A DNA stretch of 64,000 nt from Octopus sinensis (taxonomy: Eukaryota): contig NC_043013.1 of NCBI RefSeq assembly GCF_006345805.1, positions 10,974,001 through 11,038,000 on the forward strand. The letters run 5' to 3'. Made by a program: the position numbers and the translations under genes. Positions 1-13,040 of the stretch are shown here, piece after piece (the first letter of the stretch is position 1; each line of letters begins with the position of its first letter). Below the pieces are notes generated by a model, which did not search any database, had not been told where the DNA came from, and saw only the letters and a list, made by a program, of their open reading frames with translations.

Positions 1-389
1 ATATAAAGACATGTGCATTACATGTATACAGGCCATATATGCTTATATATACATATATAAATATATATGTGTAGATATGTATATATATATATATATATAT
101 ATGTGTATATGTGTATGTATGCATGTATATATGTATATATATGCATATATATATGTGTATATATGTCTATATATACATATATATACCTTCAAACACACAC
201 ACACACACATACATACATATATATATATACATACACACATTCACGCAAACACGCACAAACACGTAAGTACACACCTAGTCACGTAACGAAAAGTGTTATA
301 TATTCCAAACTGACATAAATATCCATATCCACATACGTGTACATATCAAAAAAATAACCCGTCACAAACATATAACACACATGCACACA

Positions 390-436
<47 letters not shown>

Positions 437-470
437 ACGTGCACAGTCATGCAAACACACGTGTCAACAA
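1..470. repeat. Compound (TA)n/(TG)n/(CA)n microsatellite-rich region
   Basis: Directly visible dinucleotide tracts; overlapping ORFs are YI/HT/CV repeats. Confidence 0.95.
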
Positions 471-691
471 ATATATAATAATCCAATAGTGTTTATGGCG
501 AGAGAAATACACGTCGTTGAGCAAAACAATATTATACATAGTTATCTCTCAAAAATACTGATATAATTTTAATATGAAATTCTATAAGTGGTGAGTAAGT
601 TTGGCAGACACATAAAATTACAAGTGATCGTAAGAGAATTATACTGGACCAAGTTTGAAATTTGATTCAGTAAATCTGGTTTAAATAGTAT

Positions 692-692
<1 letters not shown>

Positions 693-748
<56 letters not shown>

Positions 749-757
749 CAGTAGTAG
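693..757. repeat. (TAG)n microsatellite
   Basis: agtagtagt... tract. Confidence 0.95.
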
Positions 758-758
758 T

Positions 759-1485
<727 letters not shown>

Positions 1486-1781
1486 TAAAAGTGCGATAAT
1501 GATCATGAGCAATGCCGTCCAATTAGCATGTAAATGAAAAGACTCTCAAGATAAATCGGGAGCCGAAAGATCATGACACAATGCATGATGATGTAAATGC
1601 AAGTATGATCCAAAATATAATAATAACCTATTTGCTAGTACATTAGTAGACAGAAATGGCAACGATGAAACAACGAAGTGGTGTTTCTAAAAGCTTGACG
1701 TAAGTGACTGAATTTCTAAATATATCGACCAACAAACATTTGATGCCGTTTAACTTTTTCGTTGACCTGGTCGGAAGTATA

Positions 1782-2199
1782 TATTTCTTTACTACCCACA
1801 AGGGGCTAAACACAGAGAGGACAAACAAAGACAGACAGACGGATTAAGTCGGTTATATCGACCCCAGTACGTAAGTGGTACTTTTTTAATCGACCCCGAA
1901 AGGATGAAAGGCAAAGTCGACCTCGGTGGAATTTGAACTCAGAACGTAAAGACAGACGAAATACCTATTTCTTTACTACCCACAAGGGGCTAAACAAAGA
2001 GAGGACAAACAAAGACAGACAGACGGATTAAGTCGGTTATATCGACCCCATTACGTAACTGGTACTTATTTAATCGACCCCGAAAGGATGAAAGGCAAAG
2101 TCGACCTCGGTGGAATTTGAACTCAGAACGGAAAGACAGACGAAATACCGCTACGCATTTCGTCCGGCGCGCTAACGATTCTGTCAGCTCACCACCCCA
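1782..2199 (-). mobile_element. SINE family B with internal ~184-bp tandem duplication and 13-bp TSD
   Basis: TSD GGTCGGAAGTATA at 1769-1781 and 2200-2212; near-identical units at about 1783-1964 and 1967-2148; central GTCGACTTTGCCTTTCATCCTTTCGGGGTCGAT motif resembles the Meta/Sauria-type SINE domain. Confidence 0.92.
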
Positions 2200-2765
2200 G
2201 GTCGGAAGTATAGCGACGAAAAGTTTGACACAATGTGAAAAATAATAAATGCAAAATTAACAGTGTGTTTCTAAGTTGCTAACACGTGACTAATACTAGG
2301 TGGCTAAGTGTTTCTAAGACTCAGTGTGCTTACACGTTGCTAACGTATGACTTCCACGCTGCGATCAGAACTATATATGATCTCACATCACATATAAACG
2401 ATTAGGAAATACATTTCCAAATGACATAAAGTATTAAGCAAAAACGCAATTGACAAAATCCAAATTTGTGCTAATGGTAAAGCATACATACCCAGATAAC
2501 TCGTACTTTATAAATCGGAGAAAACAACAGATTTAGAATAGAAATAGAGGTTATTATTGCAGTTTGTTTATTGCACTGTCAAAATAAGAACGCCTGAGCA
2601 CGTAACGGTTTGTGTCTTGCGTAATTTTTTCCGTTTTTGGTTTTCCTTGTAACGAACAACGACTCTCTGTATATGGATAACTGCAGTAGCTTATCACAAT
2701 AACATATCATTTTATCTAAATACAGAACGAAGAACTAATCCAAAATATTGCAGCACTAACCATAT

Positions 2766-2987
2766 ATATTTCTTTACTACCCACAAGGGGCTAAACACAG
2801 AGGAGACAAACAAGGACAGACAAACGAATTAAGTCGATTACATCGACCCCAGTGCGTAACTGGTACTTAATTTATCGACCCCGGAAGGATGAAAAGCAAA
2901 GTCGACCTCGGCGGAATTTGAACTCGGAACGTAACGGCAGACGAAATACGGCAACGCATTTCGCTCGGCGTGCTAAAGTTTCTGCCA
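2766..2987 (-). mobile_element. SINE family B, near full length
   Basis: Reverse complement of the 51321-51555 copy. Confidence 0.92.
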
Positions 2988-3279
2988 TATAACCAATCGA
3001 TGTGGGTGGCAACAAATTGTAAGTAATATTATTTCAATAAGAAAAGACAGAGAAGCGTATTAAAGTATTCTGCACAGATTCCATCGGCAGAAAGGTACTC
3101 ACTCCAGGTGAGACTCAACGCATTGAGATCGAAAGCAGAACTGTTTAACGAAATACATGCAAAAATAAAAAAATAAACACAGATACAAACACGACATGCA
3201 CGCTTGCTCACACACACACACACACAAATGTATATTCATCTAATGCTTTTATGCATTTACGTGAGTATACATAGATACA

Positions 3280-3361
<82 letters not shown>

Positions 3362-3365
<4 letters not shown>

Positions 3366-3532
3366 AGAATTCACGAAAAAGCAAAAGACGAAGACAGGTG
3401 GTGTAGACAAGAAACAGATGTATTAGTATAAAGAAGTCTTTAACGTTTCGAGCCTACGCTCTTCCACAGAAAGTAACACAGAGAGAAACAAGGCAAGAAA
3501 GTAAAGAATATGTAGTGGCTAGCGATCTATCA
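3362..3532 (-). mobile_element. Short (TA)n-embedded repeat fragment with degenerate minimal hammerhead-like motif (probable Penelope-like terminus)
   Basis: Minus strand 3437-3474: cttt-CTGTGGA-aGAGC gtag GCTC-GAAACGTT-aaag; core position 6 is not A. Confidence 0.45.
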
Positions 3533-3757
3533 TATATATATATATCATATATATACATACCTACATACACATGCAGGTACGAATATATACATAAAAATAT
3601 TTAATTACACAGACATGCAAGAAGTAAATAGACACGTTTAATTTTCAAAATTTCTGATCTAAGGGTCTTAATATGTTTTCAGCAGTGTAGAATTTACAAT
3701 GTTATTATTCTTTTTCCTTACAGGTGCCATTATATTAAACATCTGCAAAGAGTAACC

Positions 3758-4137
3758 ATGCCAGGCAAAAAAATTCAGCAGAACTGTCAGATTCTCAAAG
3801 ATGTCGCATTGTTGGGCAATCTAAGGCTGGTCTTAGCCAGCGAAAAATTGCCGAAAATCTTCAAATTCCTCTTGCTACTGTTAATAGAATTATAATGCAA
3901 TTCAAAAGCCAAGGTAAAGATTCAACAGATTCTCGTCCCGGCTGACCTGGGCCCTGGGAAAGGAAGCTTTGCTGTTTGAAGACAATTGTGGAAAACGAAC
4001 CCCGTTCGAAGGCTTCTTACATTGCAAATCAGCTAGAAGTTAGTCCAAGAACGTGTGAAACATATTTGCATAAGCTTTGGTACTATGGACGAGCAGCTAG
4101 AAGAAAACCTCTCCTTCAACCAATTAATATCAAATAA
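3758..4137 (+). pseudogene. Tc1-family transposase N-terminal (HTH) remnant
   Basis: After a 1-nt frameshift near the ATG reads [38 protein letters not shown]...SRPG*P...YYGRAARRKPLL; GRP linker disrupted by CGA>TGA at 3943-3945. Confidence 0.85.
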
Positions 4138-4206
4138 AAGATTTTGAAAATTAAATTAAATGTGTATATTTACTCCCTGCATGTCTGAGCATATGAACTT
4201 ATGTCT

Positions 4207-4286
<80 letters not shown>

Positions 4287-4795
4287 GTGTGTGTGTGTGT
4301 GTATGTATACGTATATATATATATATATATTGTGTTTTAGAAAAGAGTAAAAGTTTCATGTATCTCACTAAATTCGCCCGAAACGAAATAAATTTACATA
4401 CTTATGTAATAAGATGTTTCAAATCTCTGAGTCCCTACACGTCGCATACACACACACACACAACACAACCGCTCCACACACACTTATACATAAATCCACC
4501 ACCCCTCACACATAAACACGGATATGTTTATCGTACACTAGTTAAATCTTATATTACATTACACAATTTGTATCTTTTTGAAAATCTCTAACGTTCTGAA
4601 TTCACTCTCAGTGCGTAAATAGGATTCTTGCGTAGCTATGATTCGATATCTGAGGCTACTCGTTTCATTGGAGAGTATCATGTTGTATCCACTTCGCTAT
4701 TAGCCTATTTTTCGTCTATCATTATAGGAAATAAAATACAACAGTTTTAAGAACGATACGAGATTTTATTCAACAGAAGTGATTTCTGCTCTCTA

Positions 4796-4828
<33 letters not shown>

Positions 4829-4954
4829 TAGATAGATAGATAGATACAGGTATATATATGTGATATATATATACCTGTATCTATCTACGTACACATGCGT
4901 GTGCGTATTTGTGTGCGTGTGTGTGTGTGTGTGCGTGAGTTGATGCAAATCTTT

Positions 4955-5165
4955 ATCTTTTATATCTTGTTTCGGACACTGGACTACAGGCATGCTGGGA
5001 AATTCTTTGAAGAATTTTTCGTCGATGGAATCCACCCTATCAATTATTATTCAAAACCTGGTACTTATTCAATGCGTCTGTTTTACCGAACTTCTAAGTT
5101 ACAAGGACGTATACAAACCTACAGTTGTTGTCAAGAGACGGAACAGCTGGACAAACAGACAAACA
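4955..5165 (-). mobile_element. Decayed 3' half of a SINE family A-related element
   Basis: catgctgg...gtcga...ctggtacttattc...ttttaccgaac...gttgtcaag match the reverse of the SINE A 3' half. Confidence 0.6.
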
Positions 5166-5917
5166 AACTTATGACATAAGGCGTTCCATTTCCGACCATT
5201 TCTTTTTTGCTTCAGATCTAATGCATTTAAACCAGTTTAATCCGATGTATACTTGACTTCATTTCTTTCAGTTCGAGTAAATTTTGTGAAAATTTAGCTG
5301 CTTAACACTAGCAAAAACATCACAACAAAATATAAAAGGAAACTTTTGCCCACGTTGGGTGTTTCAGCCTCGTTCAAGTTGGAAACAAAAATTGCTAATG
5401 AGTCTTGAAACTCAAAAAGTCGGAAATATAGACATAAAGAATACAGTAAAATACACTTCAGAAATGCATCTCTACCTGATTTTCCTTTGCGGTTTTACTC
5501 TGATAACAGAGAAGTTTCCAACGGACAACGTAGACACTCAAGTACCTCCCGCTGAGTCATTCTCAGTGTATGCGTGTGTTTGTTTGGAAACACGCAAATA
5601 TATATATATGTCTATCTATGTTAGAATTTGAGAAACCATCTAAGGGATATTAAATATCTAATATACTACTGGATGCGTACCTACGTATTTATAACCAAGC
5701 GCTTACTATTGCTTGGCAATATCGCAGTTGAATACGAGGTATGGGTGGGATTTATAAGGCAAATAAGAAAATGGAGAGGGTAAACAATCAGCAAACATCG
5801 GGCAGTAAACATTCAATTATATCCATCTATTAATTGATTACAAGCATATGAGTAAGTGATTCAGGTAAACGAATGAAATAAGCCAATAAATAAGCAAGCA
5901 GATATATATATATTTAT

Positions 5918-5957
<40 letters not shown>

Positions 5958-6926
5958 AATAAATGTTTAATAAATGAATGTGCAAATGCTAAATTTCTAT
6001 ATACTACACCTAACACTCTATAGATATGTGTTTGTGTGTGTATTTATATAGTGTGTGTAAAGGGTTATGTCACATTTAATCTTTGGTCTATTGATTTCAA
6101 AAGCTATAAAAATATTTATGGTGGATGGTACGAGAGGCGAAAAAGGGAGAAATGAATTTTAAACTGAAAACGGACTAGATAAAAGAAAATACTGGAGTTG
6201 AATTAGAAAATAATGTTGAAAAGAGAAAAAAAGAGTCGCGATTTACAGAGGTAACATGATAAAAAATAGCAGATACTAAAAGCGAACAAATAGTTGATCA
6301 AACAATGAAGATAAGAAATGAGAGAAGAAACTAGAAAGACATCGCATATGGGATGAAAAATGTGGGAATGACAGGGAAAAGGTTGATTTAAATTGTGATT
6401 CTGAGACGATACACAACACCACATGTGATTAAATGGAAGATAACTGAAAAATTCACACTTAATATTAATGCATCAAATAAATATAAACTATGTTTAATCG
6501 AAGGACCTCAGATCCTTTTCAGATCTAAGATCACTAACTCACTACAGAACTCTAGGTCTGAAATTTTCGGCAGTTGTAAAGATATGTCTAAATACATTCT
6601 GAAGAACTGGAAAATTCTGCCTATAGTTGATTAACTTGCTGATATATTTCCAGCCTTATAATTTAATGAAGATGATAACTCTTTTTACCAATTTTATCAA
6701 TTTTACATTTTACTTTATCGTTTTCCGTTTTTTAATATTCCACGTTTTCTATAATCTTCCTTCTCAACTTTGCGCGCTTCTTCTCTCATTCAATTTTTCA
6801 TTCGTCATATGTGATTTAACCTTAATGAATATATTTAAGTATTTTTTAACCTATGACACTATTAGTAGCACATGAATACATGCATTGTGTCTATTAAATG
6901 ATATTATGTGTGTGTGTATGTACATA

Positions 6927-7156
6927 CTCTTTTATTCTTTTACTTGTTTCTGTCATTTGACTGTGGTCATCCTGGAGCACTGCCTTTTAATCGAGCAAAT
7001 CGACCCCAGAACTTATTCTTTGTAAGCCTAGTACTTATTCTATTGGTCTCTTTTGCCGAACCGCTAAGGTACGGGGACGTAAACACACCAGCATCTGTTG
7101 TCAAACACAGACACACAAACACATACACACATACATACATATACATATATATATAT

Positions 7157-7209
<53 letters not shown>

Positions 7210-7360
7210 GACAGGCTTCTTTCAGTTTCTCTCTAACAAATCCACTCACAAGGCTTTGGTCGGCTCGAGGCTATATTACAAGACACTTGCCCAAGGTGCC
7301 ATGCAGTGGGACTCAACACGGAACCCTGTGGTTGGTAAGCAAGCTGCTTACCACACAGTC
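6927..7360 (-). mobile_element. SINE family A (tRNA head, internal TA/TG microsatellite, LINE-like tail)
   Basis: Reverse complement of the 31269-31680 copy. Confidence 0.92.
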
Positions 7361-7654
7361 ATTCATACCCCATGTATACATATACAGAGAAAACGAAAGT
7401 GAAGAAATTATTTGCATGTGACATTTTCAGTGTGCATAATATGGGTCAATTTAATTAGGACAAGATTCACACAAATACATCTATGTGTGGGGGTGGGGGT
7501 GGGTCAATGTGTGTACGTGTGTGTTTGTGTTTGTATATGTATTTGTGTGTATTTATTTTTGTGTTTTTACGTGCGCGTGTGTGTCTCTGAGTGTGTGCAT
7601 CATTTAGATTTACGTCCTATAGTTTATCTCTCGTATTTCATACAATAATATTAA

Positions 7655-8248
7655 CTAGTTTTTTCCTCTAGTTTCTGCTCAGAGCTGTGGCCATGCTGAA
7701 GCACCGCTGTTTTGCTACACTGTTATTACTAAGAGCCTCCTCTAATATGTGGCACTTGGTGAAGCATGGAGTTTGATAGAGCTACCCTCATTTGCACCTC
7801 TTGCCGTGAGGTAGGTTCATCTGGGTCTCTCGACAGGAAGAGGTCCAGCTTTGATTTAAAAAGCCCTACATCTACTTTGTGCAAGTTCCTCAGACTCTGG
7901 GAGAATATTAAAATGCTGTGGGCCCTTGAAACCCAGAATGTTGCAGTAACTGGTCCTGAAGCGTGATGGCATTGCTAGGACCTTTGGCACTATGCAGTGT
8001 CGTCTCGTTCTGTCATTGGTGTAGCTTACAATGCCAAAATTTGGCACAATTCCTTCCAGAATCTTCCAGATATATATTACTGCATACCTCTCCCGTCCAG
8101 GTGGCTGAGGACGAATGTCCGCCAGAGGACCATCGTGGTTTCCTTATCTCTAGTTCTGAATGTTCTTAGGATCCAGCCAGCCAGTCGTCTGCACTTTGTC
8201 GCCATCCTGGTAATGTGAACTTGGAAAGAGGTATCATCACTCACCTCG
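7655..8248 (-). mobile_element. CR1-group LINE 3' fragment (ORF2 C-terminus plus 3' UTR), internally deleted
   Basis: Minus translation SDDTSFQVHITRMATKCRRLAGWILRTFRTRDKETTMVLWRTFVLSHLD / ERYAVIYIWKILEGIVPNFG...FKGPQHFNILP / FKSKLDLFLSRDPDEP; 3' UTR GCGGTGCTTCAGCATGGCCACAG. Confidence 0.88.
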
Positions 8249-9030
8249 ATAGTGTGTACTTTTACAGGTGTACCACTGTATAAACTATAAAAATCTTAAA
8301 TCTTACGTCGATCATACTGTAAATTTTACTTCAAAAATCTTCTTTTATGATATCACAGTCTATGATAGAGTCAACAGCCACACAATGCAATATTTGTCCA
8401 TCTTCGACTATCTCTGCCATATTTTTGTCTTATCTTTCTTCTGTTCTTTAAATTCCTTCAGGCATCCGCACACTTTTTGACCCATTCTTCATCTTTTACC
8501 ATTCCTTTCTCTTACATCTTCTCAATTTGTTTATCTCCATCTTTTTGTTCTTCTTCCACTCATCTTATTTATATTTTATTCTTTTATCTCAGATTGAATT
8601 TTTTTCATGTGTTTATCATGTTTTATATTACATTTTCATTTATCATTTGTATATCATATTTTTACTGACATTACTTCCGCCATCTTGTTTTTTATTTCAC
8701 ATTTCTCTATATCTTCTTCCTCGTTTCTTCCGATGGTTTTTCCCCTTTTGATATTTTTAAAACTTCTTTTCTATTAAATATTACTTTGTTTCATTTCCTC
8801 AATACTGTTTTCATCTCTATCAGTCCTTCCAACTATGAATGTAGTGTCATATCTCATTTCCTCCCTCCTCTCTCTCTTTCTTTCTCTATTCTTCCTTTTC
8901 CTCGTTCCCTCATTTTTTCTGTCTCCGTTTATTTCCTCCTCGCCTCTTTAAATTTCTTTCTATCTTTCATTTTTTGTTTGATTTTCACTTACATTTTTAT
9001 TCATTCATTTCTGTTTCTTGATATTCTCCT

Positions 9031-9475
9031 CTCCATTTCTCATTCTTTTCTTTCAATCTATCTTTCATTCGCCACTTTCATTCTCTTTTTGTTTTCATTC
9101 CTTTTTCGATATTCTTTCGATACCTCCTTCCTTTATGTTTATCCTTCGTTCCTTCCTCATTTCCTTCCAATAACTTCCAGCTCCATTTCTCATTCTTTTC
9201 TTTCAATCTATCTTTCATTCGCCACTTTCATTCTCTTTTTGTTTTCATTCTTTTTCTCTATATTCTTTCGATACCTCCTTCCTTTATGTTAATCCTTCTT
9301 TCCTTCCTCATTTCCTTCCAATAACTTCCAGCTCCATTCTTTTCTTTCAATCTATCTTTCATTCGCCACTTTCATTCTCTTTTTGTTTTCATTCTTTTTC
9401 TCTATATTCTTTCGATACCTCCTTCCTTTATGTCTATCCTTCGTTCCTTCCTCATTTCCTTCCAATAACTTCCAG
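9031..9475. repeat. Pyrimidine-rich tandem repeat, ~150-bp unit x3
   Basis: Units start at 9031, 9181 and about 9332 (ctccatt...caataacttccag). Confidence 0.95.
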
Positions 9476-10289
9476 CTCAGTCATCCTTCAATTTTTTCTG
9501 CTTCCTTTCCACCTTTAGTCATCGTTGTTTCATTTCTCACTTTATTCCTCTTCTTTCGTCCTTCCTTTCTTTAATTCTTTCTTTTACTCATTTCTTTCTC
9601 TATACCAATCCATCCTTCCTCACTCTTATCCTCTCAATCTCTCCCAACTCAAACATCCTTCAACATTTCTCTACTTCCATTCCAGCACTCCTTTAGTCAT
9701 TATACACACATAACTATTCTATCGATTTCCACGGTTGTTTTAGAATTGTTTTTTTATTTTCAGGGATTACCTTCTTATATTTTTTCATTTTCCCTTTTTA
9801 GTAATTCTAATATAAATTAATTTCAAACTCCCTAAAACATTTACTTTATGACTTTATTTTTAATCATTTCAGTTTTAATGTCGTCTCACATTACTATTTT
9901 TAAACTACAATAACAATTTTATTGCAAATGTTTTCACTGATTTTTAAATGCCTTTTGCTCTTTGAGTCATTCTTTTATAGATAATCGATTTCCTTGTTTC
10001 TTTATTTATGTATGTTATTTTCTATTTGTATATTTAACTCTCTACTTCCCTGGTGTATTTTATTTTCTCTTTACATGGTCGTATTTCTATCTTTAATTTC
10101 CTAACCCCTTTCCTTTCCATTATTCTTTTAAGCTTGTTTTTATTCTTTCTATCCATTTATTCTTTCATAGTTGCTTCCTTCTCTTGCTTTGTTTTGGTTA
10201 ATTTTTGAAAAAATTTTCTTTATATTCTCAACACATTTAGTTCATATTGTCGTTCTTGTTATTTTTTTTTATAATTATCATTATTGTTT

Positions 10290-10540
10290 TACACAGTAGC
10301 TTCCCTGTGGGGATGTAACAAAGTGTCAGTTGTCCAAAATTAGTGAACTAAGGTAATACTTCTCCTTCAGGTTTTGAGAACTCTGCGATGGATTAGAGAA
10401 ATTCCAAAGAGCACTTTTTTTCTGTAGGTGCTTTATCTTCACATTTACCCCTATTTTTTCAGTCCAGTTCATGAACTTGGAACTTGTGGTTTCCAATGTA
10501 CCAACAACAACATGAACAACACACCTATTTCAATGAAAAC
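10290..10540 (-). mobile_element. Decayed R4/Dong-clade LINE 3' end
   Basis: Minus translation VVHVVVGTLETTSSKFMNWTEKIGVNVKIKHLQKK/VLFGISLIHRRVLKT*; shares gtgaactaaggtaa with the 46910-47090 copy. Confidence 0.65.
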
Positions 10541-10589
10541 ATTTCTCACTTTAAATCATCATATCTGACAAGGCATGCCCTATCAGTCT

Positions 10590-10603
10590 CATCATCATCA
10601 TCA

Positions 10604-10685
<82 letters not shown>

Positions 10686-11044
10686 TATTAAGGTGAGCGA
10701 GTTGGCAGAATCGTTATCAGGCCGGACAAAATGCTTAAAGGCTTGGCGTTCGCCGAGGTCGACCTTGCCTTTCATCCCTTCGGGGCCTCTAAAATAAGGA
10801 CCAGTTGCTAACTGGGGTCGATTTTATCGACTATACACCTCCCCACAAATTTCAGGTCATGTGCATATATAGTAGAAAGCATTATTATTGCTGTTATTGT
10901 TGTTGTTCTTGCTGCTGCTGATGATGCCATTTTATTATTATCCCTCTCAGGTGGTTGGAATACTACCAGTCAAGTACTGGAGTCCATGAAATAGACTAAC
11001 GCTCTCCCAAATAGATTTCAGGATTTGTGCTTATAGTACAAAGA

Positions 11045-11100
<56 letters not shown>

Positions 11101-11257
11101 CATTCAGGCGGCGAGTTGTCAGAAATGTTAGAATGCCTTTTGGAGGTCGACAAAGTAAGTGCCAGTTGAAAACCGAGGTCAATGTAATCGACTTAAACCT
11201 TTCCACAAAATACTTTATCTTGTGGCAAAATTTGAAACCATTATTATTATTATTATT

Positions 11258-11307
<50 letters not shown>

Positions 11308-11510
11308 TACTACTGGGGCGGTGAGCTGGCAGAGTCGTTTGCCGCTACGTTCTGAGCTCAAATTCCACCAAGTTCGACTTTGCCTTCTATCCTTTAAGGG
11401 CACGATAAATTATGTACCAGCAAAATTCTGGGGTCGAGGAAATCGACTAGTCCCCTTCCCCAAATTTCAGGCCTTGTGCTTACAATAGAAAAGATTGTTA
11501 TTATTATTGT
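10590..11510 (+). mobile_element. Array of 3-4 SINE B-related copies interleaved with (ATC)n/(ATT)n tracts
   Basis: Heads aggyggcgagytggcaga at about 10691, 11106 and 11315; tails tttcaggccttgtgc..tagtagaaag followed by att repeats. Confidence 0.85.
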
Positions 11511-12689
11511 CCTACCTACAACTTCGCTCCTATCAGTTTATTGTATAGTATGAATGTCACTTTCGACAGCATTTTGTTCCATTCGAGCATATTGTCTTGT
11601 AGTAATCATCATAATCAGTAGGTATAGAAGACTATGTTTAGAGGGTGGGAAGTGAAGGAAGCGGTAATAAAGAAAAGAACGTAATGGAGATTTCAGTATT
11701 ATTAAAGCGATATTTCTTGGATTTTGGTTTTCGTGACAGAAAACTGAAATTTACGATACACTACGGCAAATAGTCTTAGGTTTTTCTCTCTCTTAATTTT
11801 CGTTTTTTTTTTCTTTAAAATTATGACATCTATAAAATTCTACTAATTCTGTAATTTTCTGAAGAACTTTCTCTCATAGATTTTACTCTTTTATTTATTT
11901 ATTTATTTATTTGTTTCATTCCAAAATTTTCTGATATCACTTAAATCTATAAAATGGTGCTTAATTTGTATTATTGTAAAACTCTTTCTTCATTTTGCCT
12001 TTTCTTTGTCTTCTTTTTCTTTTCTTTCTTGTGTTACTGCTGGAATCTTTGGTCTTACATATACCTATAAAATTCTATTTACTCTGATATTTTGCGAAAA
12101 TTCCCATTTTTATAATTCCTTACATGTTCTATTTTATAGCTAGAATCTTTGATATAAGGCATACACATATTGAAGCTGCCTTCATCACTTTAAATTAAAA
12201 GAATGCAAAGCGGAAATAATGGCTCCCTTTAATCAATTATGGCGGATGACCTATATTAGTTCAGAGACGATATATTATTGTATATCAAGTCTTACCCTTC
12301 ATCTAATTAGTTCTACTCGGATGTCACGTAGTAATACAAAAGATAAGACTGGTGCCATATTAAAGAAAGCTTTTAAAGCAATATTTGCAATTAAAGAAGG
12401 AAAAACCTGACTGGCTTAAAAATAAGAGAACTATAAATATATTAATTAATAGTCCAGCCCGGCTCTAAGCCATTGCTTTAATTAAGGTCATATCTCATAA
12501 CGAGGGAGTCTGATAAAATGCATTTCTCTAGTGACCACCGTTTTGCATTTTAGACAGATTGAATCCAGGTCTATATTATGTAATGTGTCCTATTTTTCAT
12601 GATAGTATGGCTTGAAATGAGTGATATTTGACTGATATTTCTGGAAGCTACGACCAATGAAACAGAGGATATGTTACTAATTCGTAGAA

Positions 12690-12880
12690 AACTGGCACAA
12701 TTGTTAGCAGGCCGGGCAAGCTGCCTAGCGGTATTTCGTCTGCCGTTACGTTCTGAGTTCAAATTCCGCCGAGGTCGACTTTGACTTTCATCCTTTCGGG
12801 GTCGATGTAATCGACTTAATCTCTTTGTCTGTCTTTGTTTCTCCCTTCTACATTTAGCCCCCTCTGGGCAATAAATAAAT
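12690..12880 (+). mobile_element. SINE family B, internally deleted
   Basis: ctggca...gtatttcgtctgccgttacgttctgagttcaaattccgccgaggtcgac...tttagcccc. Confidence 0.9.
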
Positions 12881-12894
12881 AAACTAATCAATTA

Positions 12895-13040
12895 CAATCG
12901 TGGTCAAATGTTTGGAACATATTTTTTTAAAGAATTGAAATTGTTATGCCCAAGTACATTTCGATTCAAATATAACTTAGGGCATTTAATATGAAAATTA
13001 TGATTTTCAGAAGTATGCTCCAAACTTTTGGCCACGACTT
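12895..13040. mobile_element. Tc1-type MITE (~146 bp)
   Basis: Imperfect TIRs caatcgtggtcaaatgtttggaacata / tatgctccaaacttttggccacgactt, flanked by TA on both sides. Confidence 0.75.

Noticed and set aside
3706-3724. Strong splice acceptor (ttctttttccttacag) suggesting a host exon or a domesticated transposase
   Set aside because: The downstream transposase frame has a frameshift and a stop; more likely an element-internal feature or chance
9031-9475. CRISPR-like periodicity here and among the recurring SINE motifs
   Set aside because: No unique spacers of constant length, no cas genes, eukaryotic context
8786-9713. Hydrophobic F/S/L-rich ORFs resembling membrane proteins
   Set aside because: Artefact of the pyrimidine-rich tract and the 150-bp tandem repeat
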